From NCBI GenBank assembly GCA_002633005.1, contig NMRA01000155.1, positions 62,001-126,000 of the forward strand: a stretch of 64,000 nucleotides of DNA. Reading direction: 5' to 3'. This document shows positions 1 through 12,534 of the stretch, piece by piece (within the stretch, counting starts at the first letter, position 1; every line of letters begins with the position of its first letter). Origin of the DNA: Phoronis australis (Eukaryota > Animalia > Phoronida). The translations under genes and the position numbers were made by a program. The notes beneath the pieces are model-generated. The model was not told where the DNA came from, ran no database searches, and saw nothing but the letters and a program-made list of their open reading frames with translations.

Positions 1-498
1 GGGAGAGGAGGCCATAAAAAAACAGTAAATGGCCAGGAACATCACGCACCAGTTAGAAGACGTCAAGAACAGGTTGGCTGGCATAAAAAACGTGTGGTAA
101 TAAAGCCACCAGGAGTACGATTCCGTGTTCTTATCGATGAAAGCAGTACTGACCGCCGGCGGGCTGTGATACGCGAAGAAGTGCAGGTTGAAAATACACA
201 TAATCATCAACACCATGAAGTCAGCTACCGCGAGCCCTTGGAAAATGAGGCATGTATCCAAGCGCCGCCTGGTGAGTATAATGAGATTAAATGTATTGCA
301 TATCATTCCGATAATACATAGAAACGGATTGATAACTCCTCCGAAGATGACACCCGTAGTCAAGTAAACGTCAAGCATTTGGCCTCCTTTAGTGTCATTG
401 CTACCGCTAGGCGAAGTGGAGTCGTTGTTCCCACAGCAATCGCGGATGAAAAGAATACTGGAGAGAATGGTCGCAGTCAGACCACGCGAAAAATCCAT
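1..498 (-). CDS. Class A GPCR, FMRFamide-receptor/GPR139-like peptide receptor paralog 1 (5' part; 3' part outside window)
   Basis: Manual translation from ATG 498: MDFSRGLTATILSSILFIRDCCGNNDST...VIFGGVINPFLCIIGMICNTFNLIILTRRRLDTCLIFQGLAVADFMVL...YYHTFFMPANLFLTSSNWCVMFLAIYCFF. It is open to base 1 and aligns with the GPCR at 6370-7548. An acceptor (ttcattttttcag) lies 22 nt upstream of the ATG. Confidence 0.9.
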   Translation of the reverse strand, partial: MDFSRGLTATILSSILFIRDCCGNNDSTSPSGSNDTKGGQMLDVYLTTGVIFGGVINPFLCIIGMICNTFNLIILTRRRLDTCLIFQGLAVADFMVLMIMCIFNLHFFAYHSPPAVSTAFIDKNTESYSWWLYYHTFFMPANLFLTSSNWCVMFLAIYCFFMASSP

Positions 499-2941
499 TT
501 CTGCGAGCTTCTGAACACCGCTGAAAAAATGAAACATTGACAACAAAGACATTTATGACTTTGATAGAGCGTTATATTTGATTTTAATGGCTGAACGTGA
601 CCATTAAATTAGAAATGGAGCGTGCAGCTATTGGTAGTGTGTAAACCAACATTTTCGTGTGAATTTGAAGCTCTACTAGCGAGCACAGACACGGGTGCGC
701 AGTAATTTTATTAACAACTATGTTAACCCTTACACGTCGAAATAATGATCTTGTGAAGACGTTTATCTTGAGAAATAATACGATAAATATAACTTTATGG
801 AAACCAAATAGCTCTTCATAAGAGCTTATCAATTCACTCGAAGATTAGCACGAGTCTCTGTTCAACTTGCATTCCTCACCTACCGGTGAACTTGGAAACT
901 ACGGCATTTACTTGGCATATTCGGGCTGCCATTCTGGTGACTGCTAATTGTAATATGACGTCACCAGGCCAAACTATGAGATCATAAGATGTCAAACGAT
1001 TTTTAAAATTCGCCTTTGTAATAGAAATGTTAAAAGAAACGAAATTTGAGAATTTAAAAGTACTAGAAAATAATTGCAGGCTGCCTTAGTGCTCGAACGT
1101 TGTACCAGACGAACACTTACATGTATGTCCAGTTCACTGGTCAACTGGAGTTATTTTACGCTTCATTAATTGCATAATTAAAACCGAGCTGAGGAGCTTG
1201 AGACTTGACCTGGCTCTAACAGTGTACAATGTACCACAACGGGATTCAAGCCCAGCCCTGCCTAAGCTGAGTAAACAGAGCGAACACTAATTGTTGCTAC
1301 TAAAATAATTTACGTAGTATTTCCCCCATATTAGGAATTCTTCTCTTTTCTCTTGTCCATTTCCAGAGTCTAGGAAAAGTTTTTTGATGGAATTTCAACT
1401 ACTTTGCTTGTGATGAGTGTTGGCTAAGAATGATTTCTTGTTGAGTATCTAGCTAACACGGTCGTACTGTGCTATGAATTCCCGGTACCGGTGGATATGG
1501 AACTTCGTTGTCGTTGATTTGGTCCACCACGGCCATTTACATGTAATGTATATGTATAGAAATAACAACGAATAACAGCATATAAGCATATCACACCACC
1601 AGACTGAAAATCAAATTTTTAGATTCGGAACATTGCAGCCGTAAGTCTAAATAAGAACAGACAAGACAAAATCTATGTGTGCACTTTATTCACGCAGTCG
1701 CCATTTTAAATTTGGACCTATTTTTAGGTTTAAAACAATGGTTTTGAGACATAAATATAACGAGGCACGAGAAAAAAAAATCACGGTTTGCACTGTCATT
1801 AAATGCGGAACACATTGTTCATAAAGTGTAAAAGGACTTTCTTTGTAATATGGCGACTGCCTGAACAAGGTGTATTTAGCAACCGACTTCGGCATGGAAT
1901 TCCCTGCTTAGGGAAAATCACGTGTGTGTGTAATGACACAATTTGCAATTTGGATTGTGATAGAGCGCTCATGTTTGTTAAAAAACTCGTGATTCTTTTG
2001 CCTTGGTATTTGTTGTAATTTTCAGAAATAACAATTTCAGAAGTGAAATAAGATCAAAATCCTCACACAGCAGTATCAATGTTTGCAATTATCAAGACTT
2101 ACCGGTTAAAGTGACAGTTTTGTCAAGAAATTGAAGTTGAAAATTGGTGATACATGTAGAAAGATATCTTGGAGTTCCTTGAACTATTTGTAAAAAAAAT
2201 TGCTGGGCGTTCTCTCTTTTTTTAAAGCATTTCACAAGCATTCTCACGTTCATTTAGTAAGGAAGAACTACATGTACTTATCACTGACCTTGAATAAAAA
2301 TATGTGACCTTAAAAAAAGTGTACATGAGTTAGCCGGAATAATTGTTGCAACATATGACCCTTCAAACACGAAATGGGCCTGGGCCTTCTTAAATTAAAA
2401 TAAAAGCTTTTACCGACTGGAATAATCGGCATTCTATGCTAAATAGCCTTACGAACGAATTTACAAAAAACCGAGTCATTTTAAAAAGCTGCACACAACT
2501 GTTGGACGATTTTTCTTTTTTTATTTTTCTCAGCAAAAAGGCTTCTCTTTCCGTGGATATACTACACTACAGATGCATCGCGATATTACGCTTTTACGGC
2601 GCCAACCCTCTACCGAAGTTCGGGTCACCTTTACATGTATTGACGACAGAGAAGTTATAGCGCTCTTGACAACGTGGTGTAGATTTTTAAGTCAGCCCGA
2701 CTTTTCCCAAAAATCTGCATCCGTTTAAGCCCGCAATTCAGTAATCTTAAAGGGAGTTCTCAGGATTAGGGTAGAGGCAAGGGGTGTACTAGTTTGCATT
2801 TGGATACAGTTGAGTTCTCATTTGCGTGGTATAACTAAAAAACATCATATCACGTGTGCTGGGAAGTCGCACTGCATTGTCTCTATGACATTTGCTGGTG
2901 CTCGAATCAAAAGCATGTTATCTTCAATTTGACATTGTTAA

Positions 2942-4790
2942 GGTTACTTCAAACCTTTATTCTAAGTCGTAAATAAAAAATTACGCTTTTGCAACCAGTC
3001 AAAGTACATATTTTCTAAAGAAAAACTCTGTTAGGAGTTTTCGTAAAATCTTTTCGTTTGGTTTCTATGATCGACAAATCAATTCGCAAAACATGAGGTA
3101 TTTTTTGTAAAAATAGCAGTCGCACTTGTCTTTGTTACATTAAGCAAAAACTAAGCCTTTACAGCTGTATATCAAAAATCCTAACAGCGTTTTTAAGATT
3201 GATGAATAAATATTAAGTTCAGAACGTTTCAGCGAAATCCACTTATAGCTGTTTTTGAGAACTCGTGTTCCTAAGTTCAAATTAAGTTGATTTGAAGAAG
3301 CTGAGAAAAAGCTGCTTAAATTGTGGGTGGTGAAAGTCTCAATGAGGCCTTCGGTTATTTATTCGGGGAAAAATTGTTTTCGGTCAATGTAACCTGTACT
3401 TCCGTTAGCCACGTTCATTATTTCAACATTCACGCGCAACTTTATTTGAATTTGCAGTACGTAATTAAGTATATTATCATAAAAGATTTTAAATTAAACC
3501 AAGCCAATTTCCAGTGCACGAGTCAAACTGTGTCACAGGCGGACAACATAATTGTAAAAGTGGATCAAGCTGTTTTACTGTGGTCCAAAGTAGCTCAAAA
3601 GCTCATTATTAGACACAACGAGACGGATATGAAAACCAAGTACGAGAAATCAGGTCGGTGGTAAAAGCGTTCGTCGTGAGCACGAGCTAAAAATAGCGGC
3701 ATGTCAAATTACCCGAATTAAGCCATTTGGGTGAGGATTTATCTCTTTTCCCAACTTGCAGTGGTGAGCACAAAAGACACATAACTCCCTCATAATCAAA
3801 GCCACGTTTTGTTTTCCCCGGCAATCTGTGTCATGTGTACACGTCTTTGTCCCGATATTATGGCCACTCGCTGAACTAAAGGGGGCACAGAACAGTTCTC
3901 ACAGGGGTTTGCCTGTCAGAACACACGTCAATGCACTCTTCACCCTTTCTTCACTTTGTCCAAAACTACATGCAAATAAGGTAATGTTTTGAGTCATTTC
4001 ACATCACAAGCCCTGCAGATGAGCACAGAAACTTTATTCTCTCTTGTATTTTTGACCCATTCACTCCCAGTGGAAACCAAGCCGAACTAAGAAAAATGAG
4101 GGCAAAAAAATGCAAAATCGGCACTTTTCACCCCAAAATCACCACTTTCCTGCCGATGCTCGACTAAAGCCAACATTAGATTCCGAAAGCAAATTTCATA
4201 CCAATTCCAAAAATGTGGTCCAAAAGTACTGTCAACCAACTAGTTTTTTTGCAAATCTGGCTTGTTTGAGGGCTACCTGAAATCGCGGCCAATTTCTCAG
4301 TTGCTACACAGCAATGCACAACTGCAACAGGGGGCCACCATCTTGAAGAAGAGTGCAGCTACAGCCGAGAAACTGGCCTTTTTTCATTCCCAGCATGTTC
4401 ACAAATACAACAAAAAAACATTCACTTGGCCTACACACAATACCTAATTGAAAAATGCCCCCAAGCCTGGCCTAGCCCTAGATTTTAACATTTTGGGAGT
4501 GCAAATTGACCGCGGCCACAACCTAACTATTCAGTGCCACCAAAGGAGTGAGTGTTCACACGGAGCTGCTCTGTGCCTGGCGGGTCGGGAGATTCGATTA
4601 GAGTGACTGCTCCGTAACGTATATGACCACGGTTGTGCAGTTCTAAGACGGCTCTGCTAATTCTTTTCTGTGAATACACGGTATATATTTTGTATTTGAA
4701 GTTCCCCGAGAATTAAGATAAAATATTTTGCTAGACATTTGCGAAACATTGTAAAAATGGCCATTTTTGTGTATAAGGCTTGAGATATCC
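2942..4790. mobile_element. Non-autonomous Kolobok-like DNA transposon
   Basis: TTAA at 2938-2941 and 4791-4794 flanks degenerate TIRs (GGTTACTTCAAACCTTTAT vs reverse complement GGATATCTCAAGCCTTATA). No coding capacity seen. Confidence 0.45.
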
Positions 4791-5169
4791 TTAAGGGAAA
4801 TACGAATGTGACAACATCAACGAAATTTGTTCATAAGCAGTTTACAGTGACGGTAGTGAGTTGTTATTAGTAGACCAGAATTCTAATATTAAGCCTACTT
4901 TATATAGGGCTATCTTTCGTCTTGCTTAGACCGATATCAGTCTTAATGTTAGTCGCGGGAAATTTTATGAAATGGAGTGGACAATATGGTCTCATTAAAG
5001 AGGCATGGAACGCGAGAAATCATGAAAATACAGACGGACAAGAATCTACTCCTTGGGGAAGCTAACGTGAAATTTATTCACTTTTTGAGGATTGCCTTAA
5101 AACGCAGTGGAAATATAAAGTCGTTCAAACCAACGCAGCTTTCAATTTCTCCGCCCCTAATACTATATT

Positions 5170-5400
5170 TGCACGTGCTTGAAAGCGCCATTGTTTGTTT
5201 ACATCAAAGGTTAAAGATCACATTTCCCATAGAAGAGAAATGCTACGTCAATATCTTGCTCTACTTGATAAGGAGGCGTGCTATGCCTTGCGGGATAAAA
5301 TTCAACGAAGTAACAAAAAGTTGATACATATTGTTTTTGAAGTTCGAAACTAAAGGAACAATGCTTTGACATCAACAGAAATTCAAAATCTTTGCTAAAA
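5170..5400. repeat. Dispersed repeat; inverted copy at about 21250-21475
   Basis: Reverse complement aligns with 21250-21475, e.g. caacagaaattcaaaatctt vs aagattttgaatttctgttg, and gataaggaggcgtgct vs agcacgtctccttatc. Confidence 0.7.
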
Positions 5401-6369
5401 AAATTTAAGGGTACCTCGTGAACAGTTTTACTTCTGTTTCACTGGCGTAGAACCACTTTAAATACTCGAAATTATTCTCATTTCGCATACCGCTACTCTT
5501 ATTGTTATCGATTTGCAACAAGTGGTAAATGCATAGTCTGTGTGTCACAAACAGACTTTATTTCTGTCTAATTTGAGACCCATTACTAAAACTGGACTTT
5601 GTGTACTTGAAACAGTTTTCCCCATCTTTCTGCTTAATTCAGAACGAATATCAGTCTCTTCTTTAAAAAATTGTTATTCTTCTTGAAACTGCTCCCTGGG
5701 CTCGCATATCAAGCGAATGTAGTAATGGAACTAACAACAACCAAATTCTAAGAATTTAATTGAAATGTTCTGAGAAACTGTTCAAGTGCTGTCTGTGATA
5801 AATTCTGTTCCAATATTTCTTTATTTCATTCACTATTACTCGTCGATCAAGTCATATATGTTTCTATAAAGATAGCCAGTATCTCGTCCATATGAAAATC
5901 AACACAAACCAACTAAAATAACAAACAGTTGTTTAGCACGTTTATACATTTCCAAGTTCAATTTTTGGTTTTATTGTAGACTACCCGGCCAAGTTGAAAG
6001 TGAACGAGTCTCACTGATCATACAGACTTAATACATGTAAATTAGTATTGTAAGACGGAGTAATCACATGCAACATGGTACGCGGCTGGCAGAAAAGATT
6101 TGCCGAGACGGTCGAACACCACAATGCCTTGAAAGCTAGGTCTCGCTAAAATCCTTTAGTTGGGATGATATCCCTTCGCTAGGCCATATTTATAACGCCT
6201 GTGCAATCATTACGCATGCTTCTACAGATGTACATGTATGTAGTACCTGTTCATTTGTGAGTATTCTCTCACGGCTCGGCAAAGGCTTCACACAAGCGTA
6301 TGTGGAGATTGTGTGCTAAGAGCAACAATTTTTTTCGTCTAGCTTTGTTTTTGGCTGACATTTCAGCAG

Positions 6370-7548
6370 CTAGACGGCTGTGTTCTCCTCAGTATTACTC
6401 ATTTGTTTGTCGTTAGAGGCCTGGTCTTTAGACGTTTGCGTGTACGCGGCGCTCTTGACGTGTCCTTTCAAAGAGCAGAGGAGATGAAGAGAAGCCTGGC
6501 GGTAAAACTTGTTGCTCAATGTGTACAGAAAAAAGTTTACCGCGGCGTTGAACAGAAGTCCAAAGTCAGCCATAATTCTGAACAGAAGATAGGTCATAGC
6601 ATCGTGTACGTTTGTCGAGTCAAGTATGAATATCAGGGACGATGGGAACTGGCATACTAAGAACACGAAAACTACAATGATTAACATTCGGCTCATTTCT
6701 TTTTGTTCAACCCCCACATTTGCATTACCACGGGCATCATTGTCATTGGCTATGTTTACCTGTTGTGAATGCAAATTCATTCCTCGCCTCAGTTTAATCA
6801 TGAGCAGTATCGTTACGATGAAACAAATTGCCCACGGAATTAGCACGCTTAAGAAAACTTTTACTGTTCTATACACACTGATTACTTCCTTTGATAGCAC
6901 TCCGCTTGGTTCAATTTTTGGAGTGGTCGTGTTATTACTTCGGTCAATACTGACAGAGAGGAAGTCTGGAAGGTTGAGAGCAATGGCGGATGCATAAATA
7001 ATGAGGATAGCTCCGCGAATTCTGTTGGTAGTGAGCCGACGTTGCGACTGTATGGGAAAATAGACAACCGCAAACCTAAACATGGCAACAAATAGCACGC
7101 ACCAATTGGATGCTGCCAAGAACACGTTGGCCGGCATGAAAAACGTGTGGTAATAGAGCGTCCAGAAAAAAGGCTCCGTTTCCGCGATAAAGTCTGTGTT
7201 TATCATAGAGAGCTTATGGTGAGAGAAGAAGTGTAAGTTAAAAATTGCGACAATTAGCAGCATCATGAAGTCCGCCACCGCAAGACCTTGGAGAATAGTT
7301 GCTGTTGGGCTATTCAAACGCCTTCTGGTGAGTATGATGAGATTAAGGATATTGCATATCATACCGACAACACAAATAGTAGGATTGATAATTCCTCCGA
7401 AGATAACAGTCACTTTTAAATTGAGATCAGTCATATTGCCTCCTCCTTTGGGGACAGTGGGTGAGGTTGTAGTGTTGTTTCCGGAACATTTGCTGAACAA
7501 CGAAAGTGCGATGAAAGGTATCATCATCACACGGAGTGGAATTTCCAT
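6370..7548 (-). CDS. Class A GPCR, FMRFamide-receptor/GPR139-like peptide receptor paralog 2 (392 aa, intronless CDS)
   Basis: Seven hydrophobic segments with GMICN (TM1), LAVAD (TM2), PxxxxxxxSxW..FRF (TM3), FLVCQFP (TM6) and NAAVNFFLY (TM7). The start is moved to MEIPLR at 7548 because an acceptor (tctttattttacag, 7571-7573) sits 22 nt upstream, exactly as in paralog 1. Confidence 0.92.
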   Translation of the reverse strand: MEIPLRVMMIPFIALSLFSKCSGNNTTTSPTVPKGGGNMTDLNLKVTVIFGGIINPTICVVGMICNILNLIILTRRRLNSPTATILQGLAVADFMMLLIVAIFNLHFFSHHKLSMINTDFIAETEPFFWTLYYHTFFMPANVFLAASNWCVLFVAMFRFAVVYFPIQSQRRLTTNRIRGAILIIYASAIALNLPDFLSVSIDRSNNTTTPKIEPSGVLSKEVISVYRTVKVFLSVLIPWAICFIVTILLMIKLRRGMNLHSQQVNIANDNDARGNANVGVEQKEMSRMLIIVVFVFLVCQFPSSLIFILDSTNVHDAMTYLLFRIMADFGLLFNAAVNFFLYTLSNKFYRQASLHLLCSLKGHVKSAAYTQTSKDQASNDKQMSNTEENTAV

Positions 7549-9529
7549 TTCTGGGAAGTTCTGTGCCCTGCTGTAAAATAAAGATAAATCAGATGAGACA
7601 ATACACGCACTCCGGCACTGGAAACACGCACACCCAAAGTAAAAATGACAAAACCTATGACGACTGAGAATGTTGAGGGAAAGCGTAGCAATAACGGATG
7701 AACTTGAAGCACGTGCCAAACTCGAACGTGTTTCATGTGTCGCTTTATAGATTTTGGGCATCGTCGCTTATTTTTTCAACTGTGGAAATCAAAACTGCCA
7801 CTTTGCCAAGTTGTCTTGAGTTAGTGAACAGTGACGTTTTTTGAAATCTGTCGTAGTGACCTATATATCGTATGAGGTGAACCAGCTTTTAATTTCAGCA
7901 TGAGGCCTGCGATCGATGCTGGCATTTCTGATAGTAGTGTACACTGTTTCCCAGTGCTACTTTTCGTAGCACTGGGAAAAACGTCATCGACGTGGCTTCC
8001 CATGTATTAATGGGATTTCCAACTGGCTGGGAAGATAGCATCTCTGCTTGATATTGAGGAATGTATTAGTGTACTTAGAAATGCCTTATTAGTTGACATG
8101 GCATTGCTGTAACCAAAAAGCAGATAAAGTCGAAGCATTCCACAAATTCGTGTTTTTGACACATGCCAGATTACAAGGCGCCAAGGAAAGCGGCAAAACG
8201 ATTCACGATAATTGTCTGTCGTTCCCGTTCCAGATGTGTGCCACATGTACAAAACAAGGTATACATGTACACCTGTACGTGCATATGTACGCAGTCAATG
8301 CCACGGAATTCTACATGTACGTGTCGTTCATGATCACACACACATTAGGTGAGGCACCGACTTATGTTCGCTTTGATGTCAGTGCATAGGTTGCCTACAA
8401 ATTCAATCATTATCTGGCGGATAAGATCGATTGTTATATGACGTCAAATGCATTGTTCCGCAATGTGACGGGTGTAGATAATAGTACAAAGGGACGACAA
8501 ACAGCATATCGTCAAATCAGCAAGATTTCATGAGTCTTCACTACATAATTGAATAGCCCGTCGTGGGCATGTTCAAAGTTTAAATCTATGAACATGTGAA
8601 ATATATGTTACAAGCTTTGTCAAAGCAGGCATTAGGTCATTACACAAGTAATATTTTGTGTAATACAATTGCACAATTTCGTAATCTGACTATTGGAACA
8701 GGTTTCGTGTAAAGTCTTTATAGTTTTTGAAAAGCTCCTTATTTGGCAATTAACATAATGTTAGGGTCACTTCCTCTTCAGCCTCGGTAACTGATCTTTA
8801 GGAAACCCTTTCAGTCGGTTCTTGTTGAATGAAAAATGTTTTGCACATCAACATTTGCGTGATCAAAAGTAAACACGGCTAAGGTCCTCACTTCAGCATG
8901 TACATATGTTTGTCACGGTAAGAGAGAAGCAACGAACACATGACAGCGTAGGCAAGTATCTAGGGTAAATACTGTGGCATATATTGTTGCTCTCGACACA
9001 CGTTGTCTATCGGCCTACAATACATGCCGAATGCGACAATGTGTGCCGTTAACACCAACGCGTATTGTCGCACGGGCGACGTTAATATGCGTCGATGTTC
9101 ATCTGAAAAATGGTGAGGACATAATTTATATTGTTGCACTCGGGCATATTTTGTCGCCCTGGAGACAACATGCAGCGAGCGGTACATTCAACGCCTGTCG
9201 TAACATAAGATAACATAGTCATTGTCTATTACAGGCGATTTTATTTGTGTCGCCGTTGTACTACAATGGCGTTTCACAAGCCACTTGTCCATGTAGGCAA
9301 AGATCTTGGGATATAGTATCTTTGATGTAGGCGCCGTTGCGACAGTGGGTACTAGTGGCTTTCGTTCTGAGTTAGTATCATAAATTGTTGTGGTGCGTAT
9401 AGTCAAACTTGCTGCAAACATCTCGGGGCCAACATTTCAAATGTCTAAGCCTCTGTGATAATAGGCAAACTTCAAAGTGTCAACCAGTGTTTCGGCCGGC
9501 AGCTAAATACTGAAAAAATATAATTTTAA

Positions 9530-9830
9530 AAGGATACTTAACCCTTTTTTGATCAACCCTCGTTCTCTCATTTGCTAATGCATCGTTGGCATCAATCTTG
9601 AAAGAATGTAAAAGCAGGAATCAACTAACAACTCTTACTCCCTAACTCAATTGATCTTTATGGTCTTTGGCGGGTGTTCTTTTCCCGCAGTTGTTGTGTG
9701 CGATGGCTTAAAGCGTAGATCACGCTTGCCCGTTTAGCAAACTTTGAAAGTTTTTAATTTTGCTCCAAAAGTCGTTTTTAGTATCTTTTATATAGCCTAG
9801 GCCCAAACCAGGTTTGGTATCATTTTAAGG
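9530..9830. repeat. Partial copy of the TIR element at 52884-53509
   Basis: Shares aaagcaggaatcaactaa, tcac(g/a)cttgcc and ggtttggtat..ttttaa with 53145-53509. Confidence 0.7.
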
Positions 9831-10230
9831 GGCGTAAAAGAAGAGAAGCCTTCCTGCCAACCAAACAAATTTATATTCAAATGGTCACTTCACTTAATGA
9901 GTGTTGCTGATTCGCATTATTGGAGAATGCTCTTACTTACTACTACATAGTGTATTTCAAAAATTCATAAGTTCGGGATCTCGGTGGAGCTGAAATTAAT
10001 AAAAATAGCCATTTAATAACCCGGCATGCCATTGGCAGTGCCTTTAGCTAACCAAGACACGGTAATTAACGTACAGACACACAAGTCTCAGCAGCAGTGC
10101 ACTCTTTCCTGGTTCTACAAGCGGCTTAATTGTAATGTAGTAACATTCAGACACCTGCTACAAGAAGACGAACATACTAAATCGATGTACATGTATTCCA
10201 CACAAAACGATTCATCAGTGTTTGCAGGTT

Positions 10231-10492
10231 CATGCGCGCACTCGGCACGGGGGTAGGGCTCGGGGGCTCGAAGGAGCTCCCCCATTTGGCGAACTGGGAA
10301 AAAAAGGTCCGCCGCAGAGAAACATGAAGTCCGAGAAAATGACACAAAAGCCCACTAAAAAGGCGGAGACACACAGTTCACAGTTCTGAAGGTAGTACCC
10401 CGTTTTTTTAGTCTTCCCGATTTTTTTGTTAGCAAAAGGTCCACTTAGTCAGAATCTCGAGCCCCCCATACTAAAGGCTGGGTGCGCGCATG
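10231..10492. mobile_element. MITE, CATGCGCGCACCCAG-TIR family
   Basis: Ends CATGCGCGCAC...CTGGGTGCGCGCATG with flanks AGGTT/GGGTT (near 5-bp TSD). Body shared with copies at 11482, 29090 and 63832. Confidence 0.8.
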
Positions 10493-11481
10493 GGGTTCAT
10501 TTTTAGCATGTGTTTACTAGAAACTTCCAAACTGAGGGATGCGCTGTAATGCGCACCGTGACACACGGGTTTCTGCATGTCACAAGCTGCCCTGCATCCT
10601 TTCACAGGTGTTGACATTCTGCTGCACAGGCGATGGCGCTTACTGTAGACTAAGCCCAGCACAGACTAAACTGTTCAGATCTGTTCTGGCTCATGATGCT
10701 GACACTCCAAAAACAGATCAATTTCATCCCCCTCTGTCGTCAAAATAGTTGCTGTACTCCTTACGTCAGAAGAAGCGACACCAACCGGGCTACTGAGTCA
10801 ACTAATGTGTCTTTCCAAATGAGAGAAAAATACACTTAACAACTTGGCTGTATTTTCGGTTACCACGCCCAAAAACCAAAGCGCGCTCCCAGGTGGCTGG
10901 AACAAGGCTACGGGTACATGTAGCACTAGTTTTTAACCACGGTTAAATTTACCATCTCCGCTAAGTTCACTAAAACTTGGTGCCTGCTGGGGGTAGCTGG
11001 GCATTTTGAGTTTAGCATTGCACGTGAAGGTTGTGAATGGTATTGGTTTGATTTTGACTCTCAGAATCAGACATTGCCAGTTGTTTATCCCATTCACCCA
11101 TCTTTTGCTCAGTCGTAACTTTAACTTTCTTTAACATTTTAAGTGGGAATTTTGCAGGAATTTACCCCCGAACCTTTTAAGATTATGCGCACCGTGTTGA
11201 ACAAAGAGATTGTCGCCTGCACTAAATACACAGACCCACAGCACCGTAGTTGAATTCCGTAGACATAGGAATCTCGGCAGCGAGTAAATGCGTGATCACG
11301 AACTTCGCTTGGCGATATCATGAGATAGACACATTTTGACCAATCAGCAACAAAACGACAAAATCCGTTTTTGTGATTTCATTACACATCGCCAATTATT
11401 GCCGTTGTCTGCCACACATTCACTGAAATCAAGGCCAACAAAGTGACGTTTGGTTGCGACCGTCATTTACAAAGAGTGCCG

Positions 11482-11710
11482 CATGCGCGCACCCAGGGGA
11501 AGTGAACAAAAAGGTCCTCCTCAGAGAAACAAAAACTCCGAAACAGGAGAAAACGAGACAAAAGTCCACTAAAAAGGCAGGAACTACCAAAATTCGGTGA
11601 ATGCACAATTCATAGCTCTCAACGTACCCTGTAAATTTTACTACTTGAAAAGGCCCACATTATCAAAAATTTGAGCCCTCCCCCACTTTTAAGACTGTGT
11701 GCTCGCTTTG
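11482..11710. mobile_element. MITE, CATGCGCGCACCCAG-TIR family (degenerate right end)
   Basis: CATGCGCGCACCCAGGGG start plus the family core aaaaggtcc..cagagaaac..ccactaaaaaggc. Confidence 0.75.
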
Positions 11711-12534
11711 AGCGTGTACTTCACTCGGTAATCTCACGAGCTGTTTGTAGCCCACTTTTTTGCCTTTGGTGGCCTGATTCAATCTGCTTGCGGTGAGTTA
11801 AGTTAACGTTGAAATGGCAAAAAGACCATTTCGCACGAAGTGGCAATTATGATAATATTTTAAGCGATTATTGCAGTTAAGGTCCATAGTAGATTGCGAA
11901 CAGTATCCGGTTTGCCAAACCGTAATTAACCCTTGACTAAAATCACTGGTCAAATCAATTCAATTCATCGTAATAAAACAACGGAATGAATAGCACTAAA
12001 AATACTTGTACATGGTGTTGGCAGATAATAAGGTAATGGCCTTGCAAAGTAATGTCTCTTACATGACCTGGAATGTGTTGCGACAAGACTGGTTAATAAC
12101 ACCGAGTGTGTAATTTTTTGATATTACATGGGCAAATCACAAAGTAGTGCAAAGTGGAAATGTATACGCCTAACATTTTATCGTCTGCAAAACACTAAAA
12201 CAACCAAACGCGCGACAACCAAACAACGTCGGAATTCCGAGAAGGTGCCAAGGTTATGATTGACAAATTCGGTGTCGCAACTGAATGTACTCCCGGTCGG
12301 AAGGACATGCAAACAACTTCTTAAAAGGACCCATGTTCGGCGGAAATTCCATATCCACATTCATTCAAATGGAGACGTGGTCCAACTCAAGAAACGCGGC
12401 GAGACTGGCTAGCTGTGCTGTGTCAAGGTCAATTCATAGTGATCACGCGCGGGAAAGCCTTGCTGACTGTTATTTATCAATATTTTTTAAGTTTTAATAT
12501 TACAACTTAAAAGATTATTTATTAGATTCTAAAT

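Noticed and set aside
6403-7576. Plus-strand ORFs overlapping the GPCR (and 94-321 overlapping paralog 1)
   Set aside because: They are antisense shadows of the real GPCR coding sequences.
7549-7761. 71-aa N-terminal extension of the GPCR in the ORF track
   Set aside because: It crosses a splice acceptor conserved with paralog 1, and homology and the signal-peptide-like segment start at Met 7548.
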